Shown: positions 44,951 through 52,871 of the stretch, one piece after another | How the letters are laid out: every line of letters starts with the position of its first letter | Position numbering within the stretch: the stretch's first letter is position 1 | DNA from: Minisyncoccota bacterium | GTDB taxonomy: Bacteria > Patescibacteriota > Minisyncoccia > Phycocordibacterales > PALSA-1337 | Length of the DNA stretch: 56,023 bases | Direction of reading: 5' to 3' | Assembly: GCA_028713005.1 (NCBI GenBank) | Contig: JAQTPC010000006.1 | Coordinates: forward strand, 1-56,023 | Notes under the pieces: generated by a model | What the model was told of the DNA's origin: nothing | Seen by the model: the letters and a program-made list of their open reading frames with translations, nothing else | Databases searched by the model: none | Translations under genes and position numbers: made by a program

Positions 44951-46432
44951 TTACTTCACATACGTCACCACCTTATCTCCCACACTCACTCCCGAGATGA
45001 CCTGCGTCGTGCCGTCTGAACCTTTGAGACCGACAGTAACACCAACACTGCTATAGCTCTTGCCATCGCTGTTCACGATACGAATAGTTTTGTTGCCATT
45101 ATCATCAACAACTGCGCGCGTTGGAACCGTGAGCACGTTATCGACTTCACGAGTGAGAATATCTGTATTTGCAGTCATACCAGAACGGATACGTGCGTCT
45201 GGCGCATCGAACTGAAGAGTGACTTTATAGGTCGGAACCCCTTCAAGAACTGTCTCAGCCGGATCGATCTCAGTTACTGTAGCTGGAAATATGACATATT
45301 GACCGTAAGCATCAAGGGTAACATTTGCTTTATTTTTTACTGAAACTTTTGCTATGTCAGCTTCAGGCACATACGCCTCTATCTTGAAACCGCCATCACT
45401 TTGCACTGCAAAACCTGATTGCCCTGCAGCTACAAACTCACCCACACTCGGATTGGCTTTGGTTACAATGCCATCTATTGGTGAATAGATACGGGCATCA
45501 TTTACATTTGCCTGTGCCTGATCAACTCGAGCTTGCTGTGAAGCGATTGATTGAGATGAATTACCCGCAAGCTTGAGATCGTAATTTGATTGAGCAGATG
45601 AAAGTGCGGTTTGAGCAGCGGTGACTGTATCGATGGCACCATTTAATGCTGTTAGACCAGCATTCATGGTAGTGGTGATTGAATCAATCTGCGTTTGAGT
45701 CATACCCGAATTGCCAGGACTGAGTTTTCCAACAATACCCGATAGATCACTTGCAAATGATTTTATTGTTGCCAAATATCCAGCAACATCCGCCGTAAAT
45801 GGTGAGATAGTATCAAGCTGAACTCCATTGAGACGGGATGACCATGTACTCAATATGTCAGAAACTTTAACGCGAGCTGAATTTATATTTGTGCTTATTG
45901 TTTGAGAATCAGTGTGAAGATTTATGTTTGGATTGACGCTCTGAGGATTAGTGAAAAAACTATCCATATAGTTCACCAAAGCGCCTTGAGCCCGTGCATA
46001 TCCATCATGAACAGCGTTGAACGCATTCTTTTTTGCATTATCGAGTGCTGTCTTTTGAACACTAAGCTCCTCAGGACTCAAACCACGTGACATATCCGCG
46101 AGTGTAGCTTGTGCACTTGCAAGAGCCGCAATATCACCAGCATTATCAAGAGCAGCGATGAGTTCACCACGTTTGACGTGATCACCAACCTTGAACGGAA
46201 TAGTTGTCACAACACCACTCTTTTTGAAAGCAAGATCTGCTTTTGAGAGCGGAGAAATAGCACCAGTTACGCTCACCTTTTCAACCACATTACCCATAGC
46301 CACTGCAGCTGATTCAAAAGCAGGAGCCTTTGAACGATGAGTTACGTAATAGCCAAAGATAATAATAAGTACAACAAGGCTGATAATCGTATATTTATTT
46401 TTGAGGAAGTGGTAAAAAGAACGTTTTTTCAT
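44951..46432 (-). CDS. HlyD/MacA-family adaptor, paralog of 21342..23192
   Basis: An N-terminal TM, GVVTTIPFKVGDHVKRGELIAALD, a long helical hairpin and IYSPIDGIVTKA are present. TATACT lies 6 nt upstream of ATG 46432. Confidence 0.85.
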   Translation of the reverse strand: MKKRSFYHFLKNKYTIISLVVLIIIFGYYVTHRSKAPAFESAAVAMGNVVEKVSVTGAISPLSKADLAFKKSGVVTTIPFKVGDHVKRGELIAALDNAGDIAALASAQATLADMSRGLSPEELSVQKTALDNAKKNAFNAVHDGYARAQGALVNYMDSFFTNPQSVNPNINLHTDSQTISTNINSARVKVSDILSTWSSRLNGVQLDTISPFTADVAGYLATIKSFASDLSGIVGKLSPGNSGMTQTQIDSITTTMNAGLTALNGAIDTVTAAQTALSSAQSNYDLKLAGNSSQSIASQQARVDQAQANVNDARIYSPIDGIVTKANPSVGEFVAAGQSGFAVQSDGGFKIEAYVPEADIAKVSVKNKANVTLDAYGQYVIFPATVTEIDPAETVLEGVPTYKVTLQFDAPDARIRSGMTANTDILTREVDNVLTVPTRAVVDDNGNKTIRIVNSDGKSYSSVGVTVGLKGSDGTTQVISGVSVGDKVVTYVK

Positions 46433-46536
46433 AGAAATAGTATAACACACCATCACTTAACGATATGAACAAAAAATCCCCAGAGGGACACATATGTTGC
46501 CGTATGTATGAGTAAAATATTACTTACCAAAAGTCA

Positions 46537-47112
46537 TTAGTACTTTCTGATAACACCTCTCACAATAGCCGCAATAGTTAAACTGACTTCTGGATAAATA
46601 GGCTTATATTTTTTATTGGCAGGTTCGAGAAAGACTGTATTTCCTTTTTTACGGAAATACTTCATCGTCCAGCCACCATCAACATCAGCAATGACAATGT
46701 CACCGTCTTTTGGTTCACCTCCCTTTACTGCAATGACAAGGTCACCTTCGTTGATACCTGCCTCTATCATGGAGTCACCTTTTACCTCGAGCATATATGT
46801 TTTGTCTTTATTTTTGTCTCCAATAAGGTATTGGTCAATGTTCATCGTATCGAGCACGTGCTCCTCAGCCATGGTTGGAAAACCTGCCTCAACAAGACCG
46901 AGTAGTGGAACTTCCCCCACAAGCTGATTTGGTATGAGGCGTCCACGCGAATCTTTATCGAGCACTTCATCAGCCACAAGTTTATTGATCAGTTTGTAAA
47001 CTGCATTTTTTGACTTGAAGCCGACCAAAGACATGATCTCTTGGTACGCTGGCATACGCTTATTATCGCGGTAAAAATTTAAGATCTTATTTTTGTAGGA
47101 TTCGTAAGACAT
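46537..47112 (-). CDS. lexA: LexA repressor (S24 peptidase)
   Basis: It has a wHTH N-terminus, an Ala-Gly cleavage site in LVEAGFP, the catalytic Ser in KGDSM and Lys in WTMKYF. Confidence 0.9.
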   Translation of the reverse strand: MSYESYKNKILNFYRDNKRMPAYQEIMSLVGFKSKNAVYKLINKLVADEVLDKDSRGRLIPNQLVGEVPLLGLVEAGFPTMAEEHVLDTMNIDQYLIGDKNKDKTYMLEVKGDSMIEAGINEGDLVIAVKGGEPKDGDIVIADVDGGWTMKYFRKKGNTVFLEPANKKYKPIYPEVSLTIAAIVRGVIRKY

Positions 47113-47126
47113 GAATTAATTATACT

Positions 47127-47327
47127 CTAGAACATGAACATGTGAGCGAAACTGAGTGAACTAAAGATCGAGCGGCGTGGCTGGAGACGATTGAGCTGAG
47201 CAACAAGAAACTTGTGACGACGAGCCTCTTCACGATACGATACTCCTCTGATAATAGCGAGATCTATGATGCGGTTAAGCTTTACAATCTCACGGCGCAA
47301 CTCACGAACGATTTGATGTTTACTCAT
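47127..47327 (-). CDS. Small 66-aa protein co-oriented with and 14 nt upstream of lexA
   Basis: MSKHQIVRELRREIVKLNRIIDLAIIRGVSYREEARRHKFLVAQLNRLQPRRSIFSSLSFAHMFMF. It lies between the SOS box and lexA. Confidence 0.5.
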   Translation of the reverse strand: MSKHQIVRELRREIVKLNRIIDLAIIRGVSYREEARRHKFLVAQLNRLQPRRSIFSSLSFAHMFMF

Positions 47328-47408
47328 GGTATTAAATGTATTTAAACTGACTTAATAATTGCTTGATAAATATGTTGGGTAGGCACCTGCCTGCATGAAT
47401 ACAGTATA

Positions 47409-47426
47409 GGTGAACTATCGTTCACC
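47409..47426. promoter_or_regulatory. SOS box (Cheo-type GAAC-N4-GTTC) within the perfect palindrome GGTGAAC-TATC-GTTCACC
   Basis: Read directly, about 82 nt upstream of the small ORF/lexA unit. Confidence 0.75.
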
Positions 47427-47440
47427 TGCAAGTGATGTGG

Positions 47441-47449
47441 TGTGGATAA
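47441..47449 (+). promoter_or_regulatory. Perfect DnaA-box 9-mer (TGTGGATAA), third in the window
   Basis: Exact match in the intergenic region. Confidence 0.35.
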
Positions 47450-47461
47450 GTAGCATAACAA

Positions 47462-47490
47462 ATAAAAAAGCCCTGAATTGCAGGACTTTT
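47462..47490 (-). terminator. Intrinsic terminator of the helicase gene
   Basis: The minus strand reads GTCCTG-caatt-CAGGGC followed by TTTTTTATT, directly after the TAA stop. Confidence 0.65.
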
Positions 47491-49023
47491 TTACTCTATA
47501 AACGTAATCGCCTTTCCCTTCTTGCCACCACGGCCAGTACGGCCGATACGGTGGATGTAATCTTCATATGTCGCAGGAAGATCATAGTTGATGACATGTG
47601 AGACATCTGACACATCGATACCACGAGCAGCAACATCTGTTGCAACGAGGACCTGGAGATTGTTTTTCTTGAAGAGATCGAGAGCACGCTGACGATGTGA
47701 CTGAGTCTTGTTACCGTGGATTGATTCTGCTTTGAAACCACGAGCGACGAGGAGCTCCTTTAACTTCTCGACACCATGCTTTGTCTTACCGAAAATGAGA
47801 ACCTTTGAGAAATCAGACTGAGTGAGGAGATCCTGGAGAACATCAACTTTGTTCTTACCTTGAACACGGACGATGTCCTGATCAACACTCTTTGCTGTGT
47901 CGCCTGTTTTGACTGAGATAGAAACTGGTGACTTCAAAAAGTCTTTGACGAGCACTTGGATATCACTCGACATGGTCGCAGAGAAGAAGAGTGTCTGACG
48001 TTCAGCTGACATCTTACTCATCATGAAACGCATATCGTGAATGAATCCCATATCGAGCATACGGTCAGCTTCATCGAGAACAACGGTCTTTGTATGAGCG
48101 AGGTCGAGAGCCTTACGTTCCTGGAGATCCTTGAGACGTCCTGGTGTACCGATGACGAAGTTATATGAACGGCGAAGGCCTGAGAGCTGCTTGCCCATAG
48201 GTGAACCACCGACACAAACGACTGAGAATATTGCGAGCATGTTTGCGAAACCACGGAGCTCATCGTCAATCTGAGTAGCGAGCTCACGAGTAGGAACCAT
48301 GATAATGATCTTTTGACTGCGATCCTTGAGGACCTTATCTATGAGTGGTATGAGAAATGCCGCTGTCTTACCGGTACCAGTGTTCGCAATACCAACGACA
48401 TCAGATCCTTTGAGGACATGAGGGATGGCACGATCTTGGATAGGAGTTGGGTTGACGTAACCTTTCTTGACGATATTGGCCTTGAGCTTATCGTCTATGA
48501 GAAAATCGATGAATGCATGTTCAGGCTTGAAAACTTCCACCTCTTCGGTGATGACTGCCTTATTGACGAATTTTGAGATATCACGGAATGACTTCTGTGC
48601 GAAACCACCACGACCTCCTCCACGTGAACCGCCACCACGATTGCCTTGATAACCACCAGACTTTGGTCCCGCTTTGTATCCGCCACCGAAAGATGACTTA
48701 CCTTTGTATCCTCCACCAAAAGATGGGCGATCACCATGAGAGCCATGTCCACCGAATGAAGACTTACCCTTGTAACCGCCACCAAACGCTGGCTTTGGAC
48801 TATTTGCAAAACCGGTACCAGGAGTACTGGTTGTCTGATATTTCTTGAATTGAGGTTTGCCAAATGAAGGACTAGCAAAACGCTTTGGTCCGCCAAAACT
48901 TTTGTTTGCATGACCTGCATGAAAAGGACGTCCGCCTGTTGGGCGGTGCGATGATCCTCCTGCTTTATGTGCTCCACTAGAAGCTTTGTTATCTTTACCG
49001 GGCATGTGATTTAGTCTCAACAT
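47491..49023 (-). CDS. DEAD-box ATP-dependent RNA helicase with an N-terminal Gly/Lys/Arg-rich low-complexity region
   Basis: Q motif GYVNPTPIQ, motif I ANTGTGKT, then PTRELA, DEAD, SAT, ARGID and HRIGRTGRGG. The N-terminus has FGGGYKGKSSFGG-type repeats. Confidence 0.9.
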   Translation of the reverse strand: MLRLNHMPGKDNKASSGAHKAGGSSHRPTGGRPFHAGHANKSFGGPKRFASPSFGKPQFKKYQTTSTPGTGFANSPKPAFGGGYKGKSSFGGHGSHGDRPSFGGGYKGKSSFGGGYKAGPKSGGYQGNRGGGSRGGGRGGFAQKSFRDISKFVNKAVITEEVEVFKPEHAFIDFLIDDKLKANIVKKGYVNPTPIQDRAIPHVLKGSDVVGIANTGTGKTAAFLIPLIDKVLKDRSQKIIIMVPTRELATQIDDELRGFANMLAIFSVVCVGGSPMGKQLSGLRRSYNFVIGTPGRLKDLQERKALDLAHTKTVVLDEADRMLDMGFIHDMRFMMSKMSAERQTLFFSATMSSDIQVLVKDFLKSPVSISVKTGDTAKSVDQDIVRVQGKNKVDVLQDLLTQSDFSKVLIFGKTKHGVEKLKELLVARGFKAESIHGNKTQSHRQRALDLFKKNNLQVLVATDVAARGIDVSDVSHVINYDLPATYEDYIHRIGRTGRGGKKGKAITFIE

Positions 49024-49069
49024 AATATACTATGTGCAGGAAAATGTCAAGGATTTACTCTGTTTACAT

Positions 49070-49239
49070 AAAAAAACACCCTGAGCCGAAGCAACAGGAT
49101 GCTGATAAGATTTACGTCATTCATGTTGGACGCCTGCGTGCACACAGGACTAAATAGGCATTGCCTACTGGGATGGCTAAACGAGCTTTGTCCTCGCATC
49201 CCTAGGACTCTCTGGACGCAATATAATGAACTTCACTAC
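49070..49239 (-). ncRNA. Candidate small RNA of about 170 nt (promoter to terminator), class unknown
   Basis: The minus-strand promoter has TTGACA (49273..49268), a 16-nt spacer and TATACT (49251..49246). Internal hairpins are GGGAUG...CAUCCC, UAGGC-AAU-GCCUA and CCUGUG-UGCA-CGCAGG. It ends in a UUCG-loop hairpin followed by a U7 run (49098..49070). Confidence 0.3.
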
Positions 49240-49350
49240 AGGATTAGTATAGCATACCCCACAGATTTGTCAAGTACTTTTATCTATGTTTTAATATAAT
49301 CAGCAAAAAATGGCTTAGAATAAAGATTAAATAGAATTCACATCAAGGAT

Positions 49351-49378
49351 TTGACACTGAAATCCAATCCAATATACT
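49351..49378 (+). promoter_or_regulatory. Near-consensus promoter P1 (TTGACA, 16 nt, TATACT)
   Basis: Read directly at 49351..49356 and 49373..49378. Confidence 0.5.
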
Positions 49379-49384
49379 TTTTTG

Positions 49385-49437
49385 TCAGGCCTTACGGCTC
49401 CGAGATTCCCCCACAATTTACGGGGGTTTCGTTTTAT
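49385..49437 (+). ncRNA. Candidate small RNA copy 1: 20-nt core, GC hairpin, U-rich tail
   Basis: The core TCAGGCCTTACGGCTCCGAG (49385..49404) is identical to 49559..49578. The hairpin is CCCCC-acaatttac-GGGGG (49408..49426), followed by TTTCGTTTTATT. Confidence 0.45.
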
Positions 49438-49439
49438 TA

Positions 49440-49467
49440 TTGACACCTTCTATTATTTTGCTAATAT
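49440..49467 (+). promoter_or_regulatory. Promoter-like P2 (TTGACA, 16 nt, TAATAT)
   Basis: Read directly. Downstream lie two tetraloop mini-hairpins, GGC-TTCG-GCC and CCTC-GCAA-GAGG. Confidence 0.35.
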
Positions 49468-49521
49468 TTATCTACAAGTGGCTTCGGCCTCGCCTCGCAA
49501 GAGGTAAACAGAAAGAAAGTC

Positions 49522-49550
49522 TTGACCTCAAAATACGACTTTGGTAATAT
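49522..49550 (+). promoter_or_regulatory. Promoter-like P3 (TTGACC, 17 nt, TAATAT)
   Basis: Read directly. It faces the 3' end of the MazF-like gene. Confidence 0.45.
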
Positions 49551-49556
49551 TGATCA

Positions 49557-49608
49557 CATCAGGCCTTACGGCTCCGAGGCTCCGGGAAACCGGAGCCGAT
49601 TCGTTTAT
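49557..49608 (+). ncRNA. Candidate small RNA copy 2, antisense to the stop codon and last codons of the MazF-like gene
   Basis: The same 20-nt core lies at 49559..49578. The hairpin is GGCTCCGG-GAAA-CCGGAGCC (49578..49597), followed by GATTCGTTTAT. It shares TTCGTTT with copy 1. Confidence 0.45.
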
Positions 49609-49987
49609 GGTGAATCCCATCGAGGCGTCTCATGACCCATTCGTGTTGGAACATATTAATCTTATATAACTTCCTCTGAAGTCTCTTTGCACTTATCGTC
49701 CTTGAATGAGACAAAATAACCCATCCCTGCACACCATGGTATTCCAACTTAGTATGAAAACGATCATTCTTTATTTTACTTGTCAGAGGGGCAACTCGTA
49801 TCGAGTGCTTATTAAATACCTGTAAAACCAAAACTGGTCGTTCAAGTAATTCATTCTTACCACTTGTCTCAGTTCCGATATTCGCACCGATAGAACACCA
49901 CCATAGTTCTCTTTCATTACAAAAAACTGGAGCTCTTCTTTCTAGAGTCTGCTTTAGTTTATTCCAATTATCAAAATCTTTTATCAT
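49559..49987 (-). CDS. PemK/MazF-like toxin-fold protein with no adjacent protein antitoxin gene
   Basis: MIKDFDNWNKLKQTLERR...RELWWCSIGANIGTETSGKNELLERPVLVLQVF...RVAPLTSK...ILSHSRTISAKRL matches the layout of the roughly 140-aa MazF-like family. Confidence 0.7.
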   Translation of the reverse strand: MIKDFDNWNKLKQTLERRAPVFCNERELWWCSIGANIGTETSGKNELLERPVLVLQVFNKHSIRVAPLTSKIKNDRFHTKLEYHGVQGWVILSHSRTISAKRLQRKLYKINMFQHEWVMRRLDGIHHKRIGSGFPEPRSRKA

Positions 49988-50002
49988 ATAAAATAATCAA
50001 TT

Positions 50003-50024
50003 AAAAAACTGTCCCGAGGGACAA
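50003..50024 (-). terminator. Intrinsic terminator of the flavoprotein gene
   Basis: The minus strand reads TGTCC-ctcg-GGACA followed by GTTTTTTAATT. Confidence 0.65.
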
Positions 50025-50071
50025 TTTAATATTGATACGAGAAATTATACTCTTTCTATTTTACAGAGCAA

Positions 50072-51343
50072 CTAATTCATCACCTCCCCTCCTGCTACAT
50101 ACCCTGTCGTCCAACAGAGTTGAAGCGAATACCCGCCCGATGGACGGTTGATATGAAGCAAATCGCCTGTGACATACAAATTCTCCACCACCTTTGACTG
50201 CATCGTTCTCATATCTATTTCTTCCAAAGATACGCCACCATCAGACACAACTGCCCTATCATCGCCCATAAGTGAAGTAATAGTAACCGGTAATTTTTTC
50301 AATAAATGAACTAGTTTCTTGCGCTCCTCAACTCGAACATCATTCACTTGTTTATTTAGATCAATTAGATTGATTTGGTTAATTAAAAATTCTACACCCT
50401 TCGACATGCCAGCAGGCACGATCTCACTCAACACATTCTTAACTATCTTATTTTTATTCTCATCGAACACGCCGATAATACGCTTCTCGAAAGCGCCCAA
50501 ATCTTCACTCGGAAATGGGTCGATGATTGCCGTAACCTCACCTGCGGGAAGCAAATCAGCAACAGTAGAAGCGCTGTTCAGTATGAGCGGACCTGACAAA
50601 CCAAAATGAGTAAAGAGGAGTCGTCCTTTCTTTGAAAAATCTTTGACACCATCTACATAAAAAGTGATCTTCATATCTTCGAGAGTGGTACCGGCGAGCT
50701 TTTTTGACCATTCATCCTCGACAGCGAGAGGTACGATGGAAGGAGTTGGGGCGACAACAGTATGCCCAAGATCTCGAAGCCAGTTAAAGCCATCTCCTGT
50801 TGAGCCTGTTTCCTTGTGCGATGCACCGCCAGTAGCGAAGATGAACTTCTTGGCAAAATATTCTTGAGCACCACAGTTAACAGATACAACAACTTTGCCC
50901 TCCTTGTTAACTTTCGTCACCGCAGAACCAGTCTTTATTTCTACCCCACCCTCCTTCACATATTTCTCAAGCACATTGTACACATCGAGTGCTTTATGAC
51001 TCGCAGGAAATGCACGCTTACGTTCTTCAACTACCAAGGGTAGGCCTCGGCTTTCAAAAAAGCTAAATGTATCTTTTACCCCAAACTTTTCAAATACAGA
51101 AAAGAGGAACTTGCCTGCATCACCATAATATTTCAACAGCTCACGAATGTCATATTCAGCATTGGTGATATTACAACGACCACCACCAGTGATCTTGAGC
51201 TTTTCGCCCATTTTTTTATTTTTCTCAAGCAATAAAACTCGCCCGACTTTTCCATTTTGTTTAAATGATTCAGCTGCACGCCCCGCAGCCATGAGGCCAG
51301 AGGCGCCGCCACCAACAACTATAACGTCATAAATTTCATTCAT
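50072..51343 (-). CDS. HI0933/BaiN-like NAD(P)/FAD-dependent oxidoreductase
   Basis: YDVIVVGGGASGLMAAGRAAE, ITGGGRCNITN and the C-terminal GGYSLQLCWTTGYVAG are present. Confidence 0.9.
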   Translation of the reverse strand: MNEIYDVIVVGGGASGLMAAGRAAESFKQNGKVGRVLLLEKNKKMGEKLKITGGGRCNITNAEYDIRELLKYYGDAGKFLFSVFEKFGVKDTFSFFESRGLPLVVEERKRAFPASHKALDVYNVLEKYVKEGGVEIKTGSAVTKVNKEGKVVVSVNCGAQEYFAKKFIFATGGASHKETGSTGDGFNWLRDLGHTVVAPTPSIVPLAVEDEWSKKLAGTTLEDMKITFYVDGVKDFSKKGRLLFTHFGLSGPLILNSASTVADLLPAGEVTAIIDPFPSEDLGAFEKRIIGVFDENKNKIVKNVLSEIVPAGMSKGVEFLINQINLIDLNKQVNDVRVEERKKLVHLLKKLPVTITSLMGDDRAVVSDGGVSLEEIDMRTMQSKVVENLYVTGDLLHINRPSGGYSLQLCWTTGYVAGGEVMN

Positions 51344-51346
51344 ATA

Positions 51347-51757
51347 TTAAGCTGCGCAGGTACCAGGAGGAATGGTGTCATTTGGCTCAAGAAGAGAAAA
51401 GCCGCCAGTTGGTGTAGACACCGCAAAGAGCATACCGTTGCTTTCATAGCCTTTAATCTTGCGTGGTTCAAGATTCGTCACGAACATACAAGTCTTGCCA
51501 ACAAGCACTGCTGGGTCAGGAAAATACATCGAGATACCCGAGACAATCTGCCGTGGAGGGAGTTTTGTGATGATAGGCGCAGGAACTGGTGCATCTGAAG
51601 CAACAGGTACAGTTGGATCGATAGGTGCTAGTGTCGAAATAGTTTCAGCAAAATCAACGCTTAATCGCAACAATTTGTCAGTATCAGGAATCTTTTCTGC
51701 AGAGAGGATCTTGCCTGCACGGATCTCTACTTTTTTAAAATCATCGTATGAAATCAT
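51347..51757 (-). CDS. tRNA-binding domain protein (CsaA/EMAP-like) with a Pro/Ala-rich insertion
   Basis: FKKVEIRAGKILSAEKIPDTDKLLRLSVDF...QIVSGI...LVGKTCMFVTNLEPRKIKGYESNGMLF. Confidence 0.85.
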   Translation of the reverse strand: MISYDDFKKVEIRAGKILSAEKIPDTDKLLRLSVDFAETISTLAPIDPTVPVASDAPVPAPIITKLPPRQIVSGISMYFPDPAVLVGKTCMFVTNLEPRKIKGYESNGMLFAVSTPTGGFSLLEPNDTIPPGTCAA

Positions 51758-51789
51758 ATGTTATGAGTCTACACTGTTATACGAGAAAA

Positions 51790-52842
51790 TTAAAGCACTG
51801 GCTCAGCTTTTTTGTCTTTTTCCAATCGAACAGAGAATGTGTACTTGTCATACCCATGCAAAAACATAGCCACCGCTGTACCGATAAGGATGATATGCGG
51901 CCATACTGATTCGCCAAAGAAAACAAGTGACATACTGAGGAAAACAAGAAAGAAAAGTGACGTAAAGCGAATTTCAAAACCGATAAGGAAGAATGTGCCA
52001 ATCAATATTTCAATCAGCATCGCCCCAAGAACAAGAAAGATCGGATCGAATGGAAAATAGTGCGTGAGATGGTACTTGGTCACAACTTCAAGCGCCAATG
52101 CTCCATGAATCAGCTTTGCATATAACGAAGCATAGATGAGAGAGATCCCGAACAATACGCGCATAATCATAAATTTGTAGACATGGAAATGTTCTGGTAT
52201 CACCCGGGTGAAAAACCGAGACAAACGTTGGTCAGCAAATAATGTATGTGCTCCACCAAAAAGAGCGAGCGTTATCGCTTCTCCGAGATAGGTTGCGTAA
52301 TTGAGCATATACACACCAAAATGCCAGACAAGACCAACAAATATACCCGTAACGCCTATGGCTGCGATGCGAGGAAATAATCCAAATATGAGCATGCCTC
52401 CAAGAGTTATCAAGATATATGAAAATAAAACCGCAAAACTGCCGAAGATATCTCTGAGCGGCAGCTCGACACCAAAGATTGCGCCATAATACCCGCTCGC
52501 CACGAGAGCTGATCCCAGCGTCACTTGTGCCACATGGGGAGAATATTTCTTCAGTCGTGTCAGCCACGGATCGCACACACGCTCAAGTGGGCGGTTTATT
52601 GAAACAAAAAATATGGTAAGTACGAGGATGATAACAATTGATCCCCAAAGTAGAAACTGACTTAAATGATCTTGAATCGACTGTATGAAATCAGGTTGTG
52701 GCGCTTGCAGAGCTATATGTATCTCGGACGAATCAAGTACATAGACTTCATGCGCCGAAACAGTCACAACGCCACATGTGGCATACACAATGCCGAACAT
52801 ACTAAACACAAAGAGGAATAAAATTAGTGATGGTTTATTCAT
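51790..52842 (-). CDS. Polytopic integral membrane protein (hypothetical)
   Basis: A signal-like N-terminus, then at least 8 hydrophobic segments. Confidence 0.7.
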   Translation of the reverse strand: MNKPSLILFLFVFSMFGIVYATCGVVTVSAHEVYVLDSSEIHIALQAPQPDFIQSIQDHLSQFLLWGSIVIILVLTIFFVSINRPLERVCDPWLTRLKKYSPHVAQVTLGSALVASGYYGAIFGVELPLRDIFGSFAVLFSYILITLGGMLIFGLFPRIAAIGVTGIFVGLVWHFGVYMLNYATYLGEAITLALFGGAHTLFADQRLSRFFTRVIPEHFHVYKFMIMRVLFGISLIYASLYAKLIHGALALEVVTKYHLTHYFPFDPIFLVLGAMLIEILIGTFFLIGFEIRFTSLFFLVFLSMSLVFFGESVWPHIILIGTAVAMFLHGYDKYTFSVRLEKDKKAEPVL

Positions 52843-52871
52843 AGAATGATGAATTCATTATACACCCCATT

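Noticed and set aside
8540-48977. Numerous nested or antisense ORFs of 60-160 aa in the track, for example 8844..9092, 10601..10825, 23134..23520, 24661..25068, 28364..28705, 33568..33972, 37090..37323, 43138..43392, 44292..44642 and 48495..48977.
   Set aside because: They lie inside or opposite well-supported genes, have low-complexity or Arg/Ser/Cys-rich compositions, and show no independent signals. They are shadow ORFs.
49099-49299. 66-aa plus-strand ORF in the helicase-upstream intergenic region.
   Set aside because: It has no supporting signals and lies antisense to the candidate minus-strand small RNA with its promoter and terminator. The composition is Cys, Leu and Trp-rich and atypical of coding sequence.
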